Shown here: positions 1-10,043 of the stretch, in pieces
How positions within the stretch are numbered: the stretch's first letter is position 1
Layout of the letters: the number at the start of each line of letters is the position of its first letter
Virus record (IMG/VR): IMGVR_UViG_3300022660_000071
DNA from: an uncultured virus (IMG/VR IMGVR_UViG_3300022660_000071)
Lineage: Duplodnaviria; Heunggongvirae; Uroviricota; Caudoviricetes
Length of the DNA stretch: 20,000 nucleotides
Reading direction: 5' to 3' (one strand)
Program-made: the position numbers and the translations under genes
The notes under the pieces: model-generated
Told to the model about the DNA's origin: nothing
Database searches by the model: none
The model's input: the letters and a program-made list of their open reading frames with translations, nothing else

Positions 1-3000
1 TTTTTATTGCTTACTTGGTTACTTTTATATACTAAATCTTTAGCTTGTTTATAAAGCTTTTTAAATAATTTAATATTTGCGAGTTTATGAAGAACTGGTC
101 GGTCTGTTAAAACATTAGTATTAATAACTGCTGCCGATATAGATAAATCTCTAACAATTGCACGAATAGCACTATATAAAGGTTCAACTTCATCTTTAAT
201 AGCTTTTTTCATATAGTCAGGCCAAACTGTCACTATTGCTTCATTACCAAAAGGAAGGTCACTACTCGCTAAAGTATTATTAGAAAAACTTTCTACAGTC
301 TCTTCATACTCTGTTCTTTTTTGGATAGCTAATTCAAGCTGTTCTATTAAAATGTTACGGTTAAGAATAGTACTATCACGTAATAATGCTAAAATAGTAT
401 CTTTACTAGCCAAGTTAGTAATTTTTGTGAGCTCAGTTGTAATTATTTGTGCATTTGCTTTTGCTGCCGCCCAAATAACTCTCTCTATCTGTTCGACACA
501 ATCTACGATATCATCGTCTTTGTTACTATCGGTTTTGCTATATACCAACGTAAGTACTTCGTCAATTTTGTTTATAAGTGAGTTATTACTAAACTCGAGC
601 GCACCACCCAGCTCTTGTAAATGGTCAAGAAGCTCAGCATATAAGCTATTCTCTGCTGCTTCATTGACTTTACTTAATATAGCAGATATATTAAGAGTTT
701 TTACTTCAGCACGAAGGTCTAGTAACAACTCAGCTACAGACGTATAGTCAATATCAGTTTCAGATTTGACCGCCGTAGATATAGCACTAATTTGGTTTTC
801 AATACTAGAAGCGTCATCTGATAATAGTGCTGTGGTCAGCTCATCTATTAAGTCTTCAATATCACTATATTTAAATGTATAAATCTTTCTAGCCAATTCC
901 TCTTCCTGGCTAGCGATTAACTCAGAAACAATATACTCAAGCTTGTTGTCATATTCAGAATTAATTTTTGCCAAACTTGCTACTTTTAAAGCATTTTTAA
1001 GCCCGTCGTCTGAGAGGTAGCTTGACCCAGTAGCCTTGACAGCTATATTATAGTCATCGACAATATCTTCTTGACTCAACTCTTCAATATTTTCCATATT
1101 AGTCGATACATCGCTATACAAATTAGCTAGCGCATCAATTAAACTTTGTTGTAATGCACTAATATCATCAAAATTATTTAAAAGGTCTGCAAGACTCTTT
1201 GTAATATCTTCGATAGCTTTATTATCATCTAAAGCTTTTTGAAGTTCTTTCTCAGCAGATAGCGATTCAGTTAAGGCTTCAAACTGCGTAATTAAAGTAG
1301 TTAAAGTATCAGTAGTTTTAAAAGACGTATCGTCATCGTCAGTTTTAATTAAGGCCTCGAGTTCACTAATTGCCTGTTTTAAGAACTCTTTAATAATCTC
1401 TGCTTTTGGTCTATCAGCAGCTAATGAAGCTTCTGCTACTGAGACTTTATTATTAAGTTCTTGTATTCTAGCTTCAACTTTCTGTAGCGCTTCTTCAGTA
1501 AGAGCTTTCTTAAGATTTTTACGAGCACGAGAATCAATTTCGTTCCAAGTTGTCGTATCAGAAGTAGCTAAGTAGCCTAATTGCTCTAAGTTTAATCCAT
1601 GAGTAGTTTTTTGATTATCATTAATTTTAGAAACATCGACTAATCGTAGAGTATCAAAGCATAGTAAACCATTAGGAGCATTTGATGTAATATAAATATC
1701 ACAAGATTCTGAAATGCGAATACAGTTTAATCCTGGGGTTAGCTCTAATCCAGTGTCCTCTGAATAAGTTGCTCTACTTGAATTAAATAGTGATATTATA
1801 TCATTAGCAGACCCAGGAAGTAATCTAAGGCTTGTATGGTATTGCGTATCTTGTTTTAAATAGATACTAAATATGCCATAAGTATTTGGAAGTATTGTAG
1901 TAGACAACTTTAAAGCATTGTAAGTAATATCTCCGTGATCGTCTGTTTTACTTCCGATTTCTCTTAATAACACCTGACTCCAAGAACTAGCACTTTTAGT
2001 TATTTTTACATCACCGCTTGAGAGGCTAGCCCTCAACGGTATTATAGAATTTTCCTGAACTTGTATTACTGAAGGAGTTTCTTCTGCAGTAACTTTAAAA
2101 GTAAAACTTTTGGCATCTGTATTTAGATAAATATCAGATAACGACAGCTCACCCGTACTAGACTGGCCAGTAACGTTGGCTTTAAAAGAAAGCGGGAAGC
2201 TAGGCTCTGCCTCAATAACTTTTATTTTCTTATTATCGGTATCATATAAAGCTATACTTGTTTTCACCTTATCCGTATTACGTAGTGTTTGAGCAACAGA
2301 AGGAGACACATTTATTTCTAATAAACTACAAGCTTCCCATCCATTACCCTCATTGTCGTCGATATCGATTAGTGGAAGTTTGTCAGGTTCAGTTTCACCA
2401 GCTATCGTGTAAGACACATCGGCACATTTACACCAAGAGCCATCTAACTTACCTGGAACTCTACCCACAGTTCTTAAAGTGTTTAACTTATCATTTTGAC
2501 CTAGTGTTTTATATTGATATTCTTGGAAAATAATTTTATCATTTATACCAGAGACGCTGACAGCCTTCCATGGTATCTCAGAAATACCTGAGTCTAAGAT
2601 AGTAGAAATATCAATAATATCACAAGTAGGTATTTTTACATTGCCTTCAAGAGTAATACCGGTGCCCGTTGAATAGTAAGCAAGTTCAGACTTATTTTTA
2701 TCTGTATAAAAGAAGTATTCACCCTCTTTTAAAATATACGTACTACTACGTTGACCACTGGCTACGTCTTTAGCTTGGATAGTTTCCAATGCGGGACAAT
2801 CATTAAAGTTCTTATAAACGTATATAACTGCATCATCTGTAGCAAAAGTATCTTTACCTAATGCTACGCTAGAAGGTTCTCTAATCTCTATTTGCTCGTT
2901 TACACCTAGACTGAATAGTTCTATGTCACGTTTATTGCCATCGATAACGAAATCGGCAGATCCTATAGGAGAGTTCCCTTCATTTTGAAATGCCGTTGAA

Positions 3001-6000
3001 TCTTTTAAGCCACTCGTAAAACCATTAGGTCGTATAATAGTATTTTGGATTACTTTTGTAATAGGGGCTTGGTTTTCGTCAGTAGTGCCATCTTCTGATG
3101 TTGATGAAGGTGTATATTTAATGCATAAATATTCACCGTCTCTCAATTTATACTCAGTATCATTAGCAATTTCAGCGGCAACAGCGTCGTTACCTAACGT
3201 TTCTGCAATATAAATCCCTTGTAACCTGTTATTTAACGTATTATTTGCATCAATATACGTATCAAGTATTCCAAAGTATTCAGTTGAGAAAGAAAGTAGC
3301 TTGTAACCGTTATCTATTAAACCGCCTAAAATATATTTACCTGTTGGATATGAACTACCTGTGTATTTTCGCCATAAATTATTACCTCCCTCTGAGGCAG
3401 GAGCATTGCCATTAAATTTAATATGTTCATTAACAAACTCTTTCCAGAAGTCTAAATTAGTACTTGTAAATGGAACATATTCAATTTTATATGAAATTTC
3501 CCAGTTTGAAGTAGTATTAGCGCCAATAATTTCACTGTTTATATATTCTAAAATGTTATTAAGCTGTTCAGCGCTGTAAACTAAAACAGTCTTAGTGTCT
3601 ATGTCTGGATTAAGACCAAACCCTATTATTGTATCGTCATCAATATCCCCAACGACACCGTTAGGGGCATTAATGAGTGTAGGATCAGCGTAATAAAATT
3701 TAATACAACTGCTTTGATATAAAATTGTATTAATAGGCTGCTTATCTATAGTAGGTGCAGCACTGCTAACATTACCATTCTTGACATCTTGTTTTAAAAA
3801 TGTCGTAACAACCCCTTTATCACCATTCGTGCGTGTGTAGTTAAATAAATCGTCCCAAAGACTTTGACCAACTATTAAATTAAATAATGTATCAGCGACA
3901 GCCGGTGAAGCTTCTTGAGTGTTAGTTCTATCAAGATGTAAATGATAATTCACATAAGCGGGATAGGTTTCGGTAGTTCTAAAGTTTTTAGCTCTAAATT
4001 TTATTTGCTCCCCAGCATTTAGGGTGACGTCCTTTATATGGTCATCATTACTATCAGTAGAAGTTATTAAGCATTCAGATTTAATCTTAGTGATTTTACT
4101 ATTAGCTTCTGAAGTAATAATATTATTCGGATATTTAGGAGTAACAACTGTACTACCATCTCCATTTTCGATAACTTCTTTAGGAGACTCTGTTTTTGTA
4201 CAGGTATAGTTATAAATACGTGTCGCGTCAGGATTTGCTTCTATCTCATCAAGGTTGGTTGGCTCACCACGAGCGCCGTTACGAGCATAAGTATCATTTG
4301 TATCTTTGTCACACCAAAGCAAATAAGGAGCATCTTTGTTAATATCACTATTAAAGTACGCTAGACAAGCCTCAGGAAGGCTGCTAGGATTGATTGGCTT
4401 AGTAACTTGATATGGTTTTTCGCTAAAATCAGAGGTAAATGTGGTATTATACTTAAACAAAGGCACCCTACCTGCTAAGATATTACGAACAACTAGCTTA
4501 TTATAAAGCTCCCTAGCTTTTTTAGTATCAAAAGTGCCAGTAGAAGGCGTGTCTGTCTCAAAACGTTTAGAAGCCGTCGCCTGCTCAAGCGTTAACCAAT
4601 TATCAGAGGCTACTGCATACTCTTTAATTTCTACAGTGTCTGCAGTTATTACCTTATCTATTACCGTAAAAGTGGTATATAGGTCAGGCTCATTTAAAGA
4701 AACTACTTTAATTTTAGAGTCTGCGTGCTCTATGACATCAACGATGCTTTCAAATGGAATCTCTTCACCAAAATCTAGTTCACGCATATTAAAAGCATTT
4801 GCTAACGCAATTTTAATTTTTTCTTTTATTAATTGAGCTTCTTCTACAGAAACTTTATTATTAGTGCCAACTATAGCATTTAATCTTAAATAATTATTAA
4901 TGCTTAGGATGTCGCCCTCTTTCGGTTTTACGAAATTGTGAGCGATAGTTTTTAAGCCTGTATTTTCTAGTTCCACTTCAATATTGTTAAAAGTTTGTGG
5001 GTTATACGTAAATGATGCATCATATGTAGACTGAACTGGAGTAGAAAGACTGCGAATCTGGGTGTATGACTTAAATGGATAGATCACAAGGTCAAAGTGG
5101 TTAATCTTTGGCTCCTCAATATCTATATTAACAATATCTCCGTTTTTAGTAGTAAACTCCTTAGTCACTGTACTAGTTAGCGGCATTTCCTTATAATAAA
5201 TACCAGCATCATCACAACTACAAATAGTAATAGCTCTATTAAGGTCATTTCTAATATCAGTAACTAATACGTTAGAAACATAAGGCTTGCCAACATCAGT
5301 ACTAAGACTGTAAATCTTATTCATATAGTCTCTACAAGTAACAAGAGTTTCAAAAGTACCGATAGTCTTTTTAAAATTATTATACGCTTGACCAATAGTT
5401 TCTAAGTTTACACCAGAGGTAGCTGCGAACATATTTGTTGCACTAAAGCTTTCTGCAGCTACTTTTGACCAGTTACCTCCTGTAGGAAGCTCAATTTGGG
5501 TAAGGGTGTTTACTGATACATTACCATTTGCGCCACTAGTTCTAGCATAATAAATAAATAAACCATCATTAATCAATTCACTACAGTCTGTTGGAAACTC
5601 TACGTAAGGACGCCCTTCATATGAGTTATAACCAAACTTAAAGACCCTCGTATTACTTGCTTGTACGTTTAAATTATCAACTTTTTCCCAAGGCGTACCA
5701 TCAACAATTTGACCAGTAACCTCATCATTGGAAACATTATAAATAAAAATACCGTTTTCAGCGATTTGTGTTTCAGGTAAATAGAACTTATTTCCTTCGG
5801 ATAATTGAGCAAGAGTAATTACATTATTATTAACAGTGCTCTCGCATTTAACAATTTGGCCTTCCATACAGCTAACTGTTACAGATGGCGCTTTACTTGA
5901 AATATATAAAGGAATCTGATTAGTGGTAAAATAACTAATATCCTTATCAGCGTTAGTAATAACAGTAAATTTCGGTATTTCTAGACCAGTGGAATTCGAT

Positions 6001-6365
6001 ACAACGTGTACTTCCTCATCAGAAGGATCAGAGTTATAATACTTAACAGTAACACTAGTTTCTGCTGAACGATAGTACTTCATGCTATAACCAAGCATAT
6101 CACAAAGTTTACGCATAGAATCTTCTTGTGCTGCTGTTGGCATAAAAGCCTCTAGAGTATTTTTGTCAATATTATAATTTAACTTATCAGCAATACCAGT
6201 CAAAGCTTTTAGTATAACAATACCTGGGTCACTCTCGTTAGTAGATGTAGGATCCCAGCGCTCTGATAACTTGCCAGCAACGTCTAAAAGTTCGTTCCAA
6301 ATTTGAACGAAATCTTTTTTGGTTGGTGATAAACTTAATGTTGAAATTTCATTTTTAGTAAGCAT
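1..6365 (-). CDS. Giant baseplate wedge protein (T4 gp6 / baseplate J-like N-terminus) with long C-terminal extension; 3' end outside the window (>2120 aa)
   Basis: ATG at 6365 with AGGAG RBS. Translates MLTKNEISTLSLSPTKKDFVQIWNELL...WDPTSTNESDPGIVILKALTGIADKLNYNIDKNTLEAFMPTAAQEDSMRKLCDMLGY, typical of gp6/J-like N-termini. Frame spot-checked open at about 1-60, 1440-1500 and 2220-2340. Absent from the ORF track, consistent with no stop inside the window. Follows a gp25-like gene. Confidence 0.85.
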   Translation of the reverse strand, partial: MLTKNEISTLSLSPTKKDFVQIWNELLDVAGKLSERWDPTSTNESDPGIVILKALTGIADKLNYNIDKNTLEAFMPTAAQEDSMRKLCDMLGYSMKYYRSAETSVTVKYYNSDPSDEEVHVVSNSTGLEIPKFTVITNADKDISYFTTNQIPLYISSKAPSVTVSCMEGQIVKCESTVNNNVITLAQLSEGNKFYLPETQIAENGIFIYNVSNDEVTGQIVDGTPWEKVDNLNVQASNTRVFKFGYNSYEGRPYVEFPTDCSELINDGLFIYYARTSGANGNVSVNTLTQIELPTGGNWSKVAAESFSATNMFAATSGVNLETIGQAYNNFKKTIGTFETLVTCRDYMNKIYSLSTDVGKPYVSNVLVTDIRNDLNRAITICSCDDAGIYYKEMPLTSTVTKEFTTKNGDIVNIDIEEPKINHFDLVIYPFKSYTQIRSLSTPVQSTYDASFTYNPQTFNNIEVELENTGLKTIAHNFVKPKEGDILSINNYLRLNAIVGTNNKVSVEEAQLIKEKIKIALANAFNMRELDFGEEIPFESIVDVIEHADSKIKVVSLNEPDLYTTFTVIDKVITADTVEIKEYAVASDNWLTLEQATASKRFETDTPSTGTFDTKKARELYNKLVVRNILAGRVPLFKYNTTFTSDFSEKPYQVTKPINPSSLPEACLAYFNSDINKDAPYLLWCDKDTNDTYARNGARGEPTNLDEIEANPDATRIYNYTCTKTESPKEVIENGDGSTVVTPKYPNNIITSEANSKITKIKSECLITSTDSNDDHIKDVTLNAGEQIKFRAKNFRTTETYPAYVNYHLHLDRTNTQEASPAVADTLFNLIVGQSLWDDLFNYTRTNGDKGVVTTFLKQDVKNGNVSSAAPTIDKQPINTILYQSSCIKFYYADPTLINAPNGVVGDIDDDTIIGFGLNPDIDTKTVLVYSAEQLNNILEYINSEIIGANTTSNWEISYKIEYVPFTSTNLDFWKEFVNEHIKFNGNAPASEGGNNLWRKYTGSSYPTGKYILGGLIDNGYKLLSFSTEYFGILDTYIDANNTLNNRLQGIYIAETLGNDAVAAEIANDTEYKLRDGEYLCIKYTPSSTSEDGTTDENQAPITKVIQNTIIRPNGFTSGLKDSTAFQNEGNSPIGSADFVIDGNKRDIELFSLGVNEQIEIREPSSVALGKDTFATDDAVIYVYKNFNDCPALETIQAKDVASGQRSSTYILKEGEYFFYTDKNKSELAYYSTGTGITLEGNVKIPTCDIIDISTILDSGISEIPWKAVSVSGINDKIIFQEYQYKTLGQNDKLNTLRTVGRVPGKLDGSWCKCADVSYTIAGETEPDKLPLIDIDDNEGNGWEACSLLEINVSPSVAQTLRNTDKVKTSIALYDTDNKKIKVIEAEPSFPLSFKANVTGQSSTGELSLSDIYLNTDAKSFTFKVTAEETPSVIQVQENSIIPLRASLSSGDVKITKSASSWSQVLLREIGSKTDDHGDITYNALKLSTTILPNTYGIFSIYLKQDTQYHTSLRLLPGSANDIISLFNSSRATYSEDTGLELTPGLNCIRISESCDIYITSNAPNGLLCFDTLRLVDVSKINDNQKTTHGLNLEQLGYLATSDTTTWNEIDSRARKNLKKALTEEALQKVEARIQELNNKVSVAEASLAADRPKAEIIKEFLKQAISELEALIKTDDDDTSFKTTDTLTTLITQFEALTESLSAEKELQKALDDNKAIEDITKSLADLLNNFDDISALQQSLIDALANLYSDVSTNMENIEELSQEDIVDDYNIAVKATGSSYLSDDGLKNALKVASLAKINSEYDNKLEYIVSELIASQEEELARKIYTFKYSDIEDLIDELTTALLSDDASSIENQISAISTAVKSETDIDYTSVAELLLDLRAEVKTLNISAILSKVNEAAENSLYAELLDHLQELGGALEFSNNSLINKIDEVLTLVYSKTDSNKDDDIVDCVEQIERVIWAAAKANAQIITTELTKITNLASKDTILALLRDSTILNRNILIEQLELAIQKRTEYEETVESFSNNTLASSDLPFGNEAIVTVWPDYMKKAIKDEVEPLYSAIRAIVRDLSISAAVINTNVLTDRPVLHKLANIKLFKKLYKQAKDLVYKSNQVSNK

Positions 6366-6381
6366 TTTCTACTCTCCTGTT

Positions 6382-6774
6382 TTACGATATTTGACGTGCT
6401 TCATCAAATAGTAATAAATTAAAAGTATTGTGTGTATAATCAATCTGGTTAATGCCAGAAAATTTACAGTATAATTTACCTTTTTGTACGTCAGTAATAA
6501 TGTCTACTGAATTTCTAGTTATTTTAATTTGAGGCAAAAATATTGCAATCTGAGTATAAAGTGTATCAATTAACATATCTTTTAATACATAGCTATTTTG
6601 GTTAAACATATAGTGTTTTAATAAAATACCAAAATACGGATCACACTCAAGTTCTCCGCGCTCAGATTGAAGCAGTAATAACACGTTCTGTTTAGTAGCC
6701 TTTCCGTACTCGTCTGCACGCCAAATTTGAGAACTATTTGACCTAAACATTTTTGGAAACTTGTAAGATCTCAT
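6382..6774 (-). CDS. gp25-like / GpW baseplate wedge subunit
   Basis: 130 aa; ERGELECDPYFGILLKHYMFNQ matches the gp25-family GE..PxFGxxL..F pattern; AGGAG RBS; lies between spike-like and wedge genes. Confidence 0.8.
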   Translation of the reverse strand: MRSYKFPKMFRSNSSQIWRADEYGKATKQNVLLLLQSERGELECDPYFGILLKHYMFNQNSYVLKDMLIDTLYTQIAIFLPQIKITRNSVDIITDVQKGKLYCKFSGINQIDYTHNTFNLLLFDEARQIS

Positions 6775-6790
6775 AAACTATACTCCTATT

Positions 6791-7459
6791 TTATATATTT
6801 GGATACTTCTTATCTGCAGGTGGGTCAAGATACTGTCTAATATTATTCTTTTTAGAACAATTCTCGCCGCAAATGATACAAAAGTCGTTTTCTTCTTGAT
6901 ACATAAAGGGACAATATTCTTCATCATGTAGCCAAGAGTTATTATCGTCTAAATCTCCATCGTCGATTTCAACGTTTTCTGGCTTTAGCTGCCACTGAGT
7001 CCAATTTTTAAAACACTTAAAGTCGGAGCTTATATGATCAACATTTGCTTTAGCATAACGTTCTAACCACTTTATGTAATCTGCAATACTTTTTAAAGAT
7101 GTAAAATCTTTATATTCATTTTGCGGTGTTTGTGGAAACGTAAAGGTTGTTGATGCAGGTAAATTTGCGGTACTATTTACTGTCAAATTATTAAATATGC
7201 CGCCTCCACCACGTATATTTCCCTCAGAGGCTCCAGTAAAAAGCTTACCTAAAATAATAGGCTTTTCCATCGCATTTTCTTCAAAACCAATAAATACGAC
7301 ATCATTAACTTTTAAATTGTTAAATATACCAGGTGTAATATTTATCAAAGCAGTAGCTTCTACTGGTTTTGTCATAGAAGCGGACTTAAATAAAGGTATT
7401 TCTACGGTACAACGAGTACCAGTAGCATTTATTGATTTTATAATTGCCTTAGTAATCAA
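6791..7459 (-). CDS. Putative baseplate spike / gpV-gp5 OB-fold-like protein
   Basis: LKVNDVVFIGFEENAMEKPIILGKLF resembles the gpV/gp5 OB motif (GDxVxVxFxxGDxxxPxIxG); baseplate gene context; Cys-containing C-terminus. Confidence 0.6.
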   Translation of the reverse strand: MITKAIIKSINATGTRCTVEIPLFKSASMTKPVEATALINITPGIFNNLKVNDVVFIGFEENAMEKPIILGKLFTGASEGNIRGGGGIFNNLTVNSTANLPASTTFTFPQTPQNEYKDFTSLKSIADYIKWLERYAKANVDHISSDFKCFKNWTQWQLKPENVEIDDGDLDDNNSWLHDEEYCPFMYQEENDFCIICGENCSKKNNIRQYLDPPADKKYPNI

Positions 7460-7520
7460 AGCCGCACCTCCTATAACTTTTTATATCAAATAATTTAGCA
7501 AATAATAGATTTAATAAAAA

Positions 7521-7575
7521 TATAAATTAAAAGCTGTATGCTTATCTATAAATAATATACAGCTTTTAATTTATA
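7521..7575. terminator. 19-bp perfect inverted repeat, probable terminator/hairpin between accessory and baseplate modules
   Basis: TATAAATTAAAAGCTGTAT (7521-7539) and its exact reverse complement (7557-7575). Confidence 0.6.
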
Positions 7576-7588
7576 ATCTATTTTTAAT

Positions 7589-7951
7589 TTATTTAGTTAA
7601 TTTCGCGAGTTCAGTCTCAATATTTTTAATTTCTACCTTACGGTCTAAAGCAGCACACTCCGCATATTCTAAAGCTTTCTTAACACGACGCTTTTCGCTT
7701 TCAAGATAGTCTAAATGATTCTTGCAAGATTTTGCCCAAGCGCGTATACTGGCTTGACGTTTTTTAGCAATCTTAATATTAAGACGTTTAAGTGCAATAG
7801 TTTTACCTAATTCAAGGTCGAATTTATCATTTGGATCACACTTTGCAATAGCATAAATAGGGTCATCCGCGTATCTAGTAATAGCTTTTACAATATGTAT
7901 ACCTGTGTTTTTATCAATGTAGTCATAAACTTTTGTTTCATAATTTTTCAT
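7589..7951 (-). CDS. Hypothetical phage protein with C-terminal coiled coil
   Basis: Likely start ATG 7951 (MKNYETKVY) after AAAGGA; AKCDPNDKFDLELGKTIALKR motif typical of small phage proteins. Confidence 0.7.
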   Translation of the reverse strand: MKNYETKVYDYIDKNTGIHIVKAITRYADDPIYAIAKCDPNDKFDLELGKTIALKRLNIKIAKKRQASIRAWAKSCKNHLDYLESEKRRVKKALEYAECAALDRKVEIKNIETELAKLTK

Positions 7952-7955
7952 TTTA

Positions 7956-8672
7956 TTAATTTCCTTTATCTTTAATATCATCTAATATTTCAACCGTATT
8001 AAATAAAAAGTGCATTTTATCTATACGTTTGTTTATATGCCAATGTCCACAGTACCAGGCTTTATAATCAAGTTTATTTTCGATTTCATCAAGCCATTTT
8101 TCAGTGCTGTCATCAACAGTAGATTGATCAATGCCTGGTAAAAATACCTCAATAGGCTCATATTTAAATGGACAGGTGTGTGAAAATACAACATCTACTT
8201 TATTGCCCGCTTCCGCAATTTGGCGCTCTGCGTAAAGTTTAATACCTTTACATGGTTGTTCATCAAAAAACCAGGCATAGCCTTCTTTAAGACGATAATA
8301 CTTATCTACACTGTACGCTCCGCCAAGCACTAGACAACTCAAGCCCTCTAAATTAAAGATGGATCCATCATGAGCGAAGAGCAGGTTGGGATACTCTGGT
8401 TGAACATATACTTGTCCACCATTCCAATCCATAAGCTCATATCCCCCAATCATCGCAGGACGCGCTTCGTGATTACCATGGATACAAAGAATGGTAGCAT
8501 CAATATATTTACTTAAAGCTTCTTTTGTTCTATTATCTTTTTTATTAAGATAATAGTTCGCTCCAACGTCACCAAGAAGCACTATAATATCATCTTTAGT
8601 TATTCCCCAGCGCTGAGCCATGTAAATAATTTCTGATGGATTACCGTGAATATCTCCTGTAATATATACCAT
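7956..8672 (-). CDS. Calcineurin-like metallophosphoesterase
   Basis: Motifs GDIHG, LGDVG, HGNHE, SHTCP, GHWH. Confidence 0.93.
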   Translation of the reverse strand: MVYITGDIHGNPSEIIYMAQRWGITKDDIIVLLGDVGANYYLNKKDNRTKEALSKYIDATILCIHGNHEARPAMIGGYELMDWNGGQVYVQPEYPNLLFAHDGSIFNLEGLSCLVLGGAYSVDKYYRLKEGYAWFFDEQPCKGIKLYAERQIAEAGNKVDVVFSHTCPFKYEPIEVFLPGIDQSTVDDSTEKWLDEIENKLDYKAWYCGHWHINKRIDKMHFLFNTVEILDDIKDKGN

Positions 8673-8682
8673 TAAATTAACC

Positions 8683-8964
8683 TCAACTAAAGCTTAGTGA
8701 GTAGCCAGATATCCACGAAAAATTAGTTTCAAGAAATTTATTTATATCATGAATATACAAAGAGTCTACCTTATCAGGATAAGCCGTTTTAAAAATAGCA
8801 ACATCTTCATAAGAAATAATATTAAGTCCAACAATTCCGTAGCTATGAGCACGTTCTCTCATTTCTATAGGATTTGAACACGCAATAGTAGCGCCTTTAT
8901 CAGCTGCATGTTGAAGTAAAAGTTTAGTTTTACCAGTTCCTCTTCCACCACTAATAATAAACAT
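8683..8964 (-). CDS. Small P-loop NTP-binding protein
   Basis: Walker A GGRGTGKT at the N-terminus; Walker-B-like LYIHD; 93 aa; GAGGTG RBS. Confidence 0.7.
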   Translation of the reverse strand: MFIISGGRGTGKTKLLLQHAADKGATIACSNPIEMRERAHSYGIVGLNIISYEDVAIFKTAYPDKVDSLYIHDINKFLETNFSWISGYSLSFS

Positions 8965-8983
8965 TTTTAAACACCTCTTAATT

Positions 8984-9793
8984 TTAGATTTCTTTTTCTA
9001 GTAAATATTGTTCAATATAATTTCTATCCTGAGTAAAAATTGGAATCTCTGTATCTATTACCCAATCATGCTTATAACCTATAAGTCTATCAGTGCATTC
9101 AACTTCTTTTTTAATGCAACAAACACCACGCTTGAATTCAATAGGCATATCGTTAAAATTAATACCTTTTTGCAACATCAACATGTCTTGAATATCATTG
9201 CAACTTTTACCTTGTAATTCTCTATGAGAAAAATGAGTTTGACCTAACATTTGAATAGCATTTCGAGTTGCGTCTTGCTGCCTCCAAATAAAGCAGTTAG
9301 TTACTTCTTCTTTTGGAATATTAAAACAACGGGCATCAAACATTGCGCCTTTATCACGAGCTAGGCACATGGTCTTGTGGTAGTCATCCATGCCAATAGC
9401 GCCCTCAAAGTGGCGATTAACGGCAGTTCTAAAATACTTATTAAACATTAAAGTCGCCATCGAAGCTGCAATAGAGCACATTTTCTGAACGCCATAACCA
9501 AACCAAGCATCAGTTGTAAGAGTAGTATAGTCAGTCAAGAGAAGTGTAATCTCGTCAGACTGCGTATAACCAAGTTTACAACCCTGAATATTAGCACAAA
9601 GATACTTCATTGTGTTATTCATTGCTTCATGGAAGATTTCATCGTAAGGTCTCTTAAAACCTTTTGTAAAGCTGTGAAAAGCCTTACCATCTAAACGAAT
9701 AATTACAGGAGTTCGTCTTGTGAGGTACATCTTAGAACGATTCTCATAAAACTCCTTCATGCGATCGCCAAGTGAATCTTTAGTCTTTTTCAT
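8984..9793 (-). CDS. thg1: tRNA(His) guanylyltransferase Thg1-like protein (3'-5' RNA polymerase family)
   Basis: Motifs RLDGKAFHSFT, YTQSDEITL, FDAR, WRQQDATRN; likely start ATG 9793 after GAGGT. Confidence 0.93.
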   Translation of the reverse strand: MKKTKDSLGDRMKEFYENRSKMYLTRRTPVIIRLDGKAFHSFTKGFKRPYDEIFHEAMNNTMKYLCANIQGCKLGYTQSDEITLLLTDYTTLTTDAWFGYGVQKMCSIAASMATLMFNKYFRTAVNRHFEGAIGMDDYHKTMCLARDKGAMFDARCFNIPKEEVTNCFIWRQQDATRNAIQMLGQTHFSHRELQGKSCNDIQDMLMLQKGINFNDMPIEFKRGVCCIKKEVECTDRLIGYKHDWVIDTEIPIFTQDRNYIEQYLLEKEI

Positions 9794-10031
9794 TCTTATT
9801 ACCTCGTCTTGATTTGTTGATTCTGCGCCTTTCTTTAGCATCATCAATACAACAATAAATATATGCTACTACGATTACTAAACTTATGATACTAGTAGTA
9901 ATCCAAAGTGGAGAAGTCACCCACCACCATGACCAATTAATAACCCCAACAAGTTTCAAAACTAAAAAAATTAAAAATAACACCATACTTACTCCAATTC
10001 CACCATTTGTACTATTAGTATTTTTGCTCAT
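9780..10031 (-). CDS. Small membrane protein (2 TM)
   Basis: LFLIFLVLKLVGVINWSWWWVTSPLWI, a common phage transmembrane motif; GAGGT RBS. Confidence 0.8.
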   Translation of the reverse strand: MSKNTNSTNGGIGVSMVLFLIFLVLKLVGVINWSWWWVTSPLWITTSIISLVIVVAYIYCCIDDAKERRRINKSRRGNKNEKD

Positions 10032-10043
10032 ATAAACCTCTTA

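Noticed and set aside
352..4836. Plus-strand ORFs at 352, 2258, 3361, 4024 and 4534
   Set aside because: Antisense shadows of the giant minus-strand baseplate ORF; no recognisable motifs
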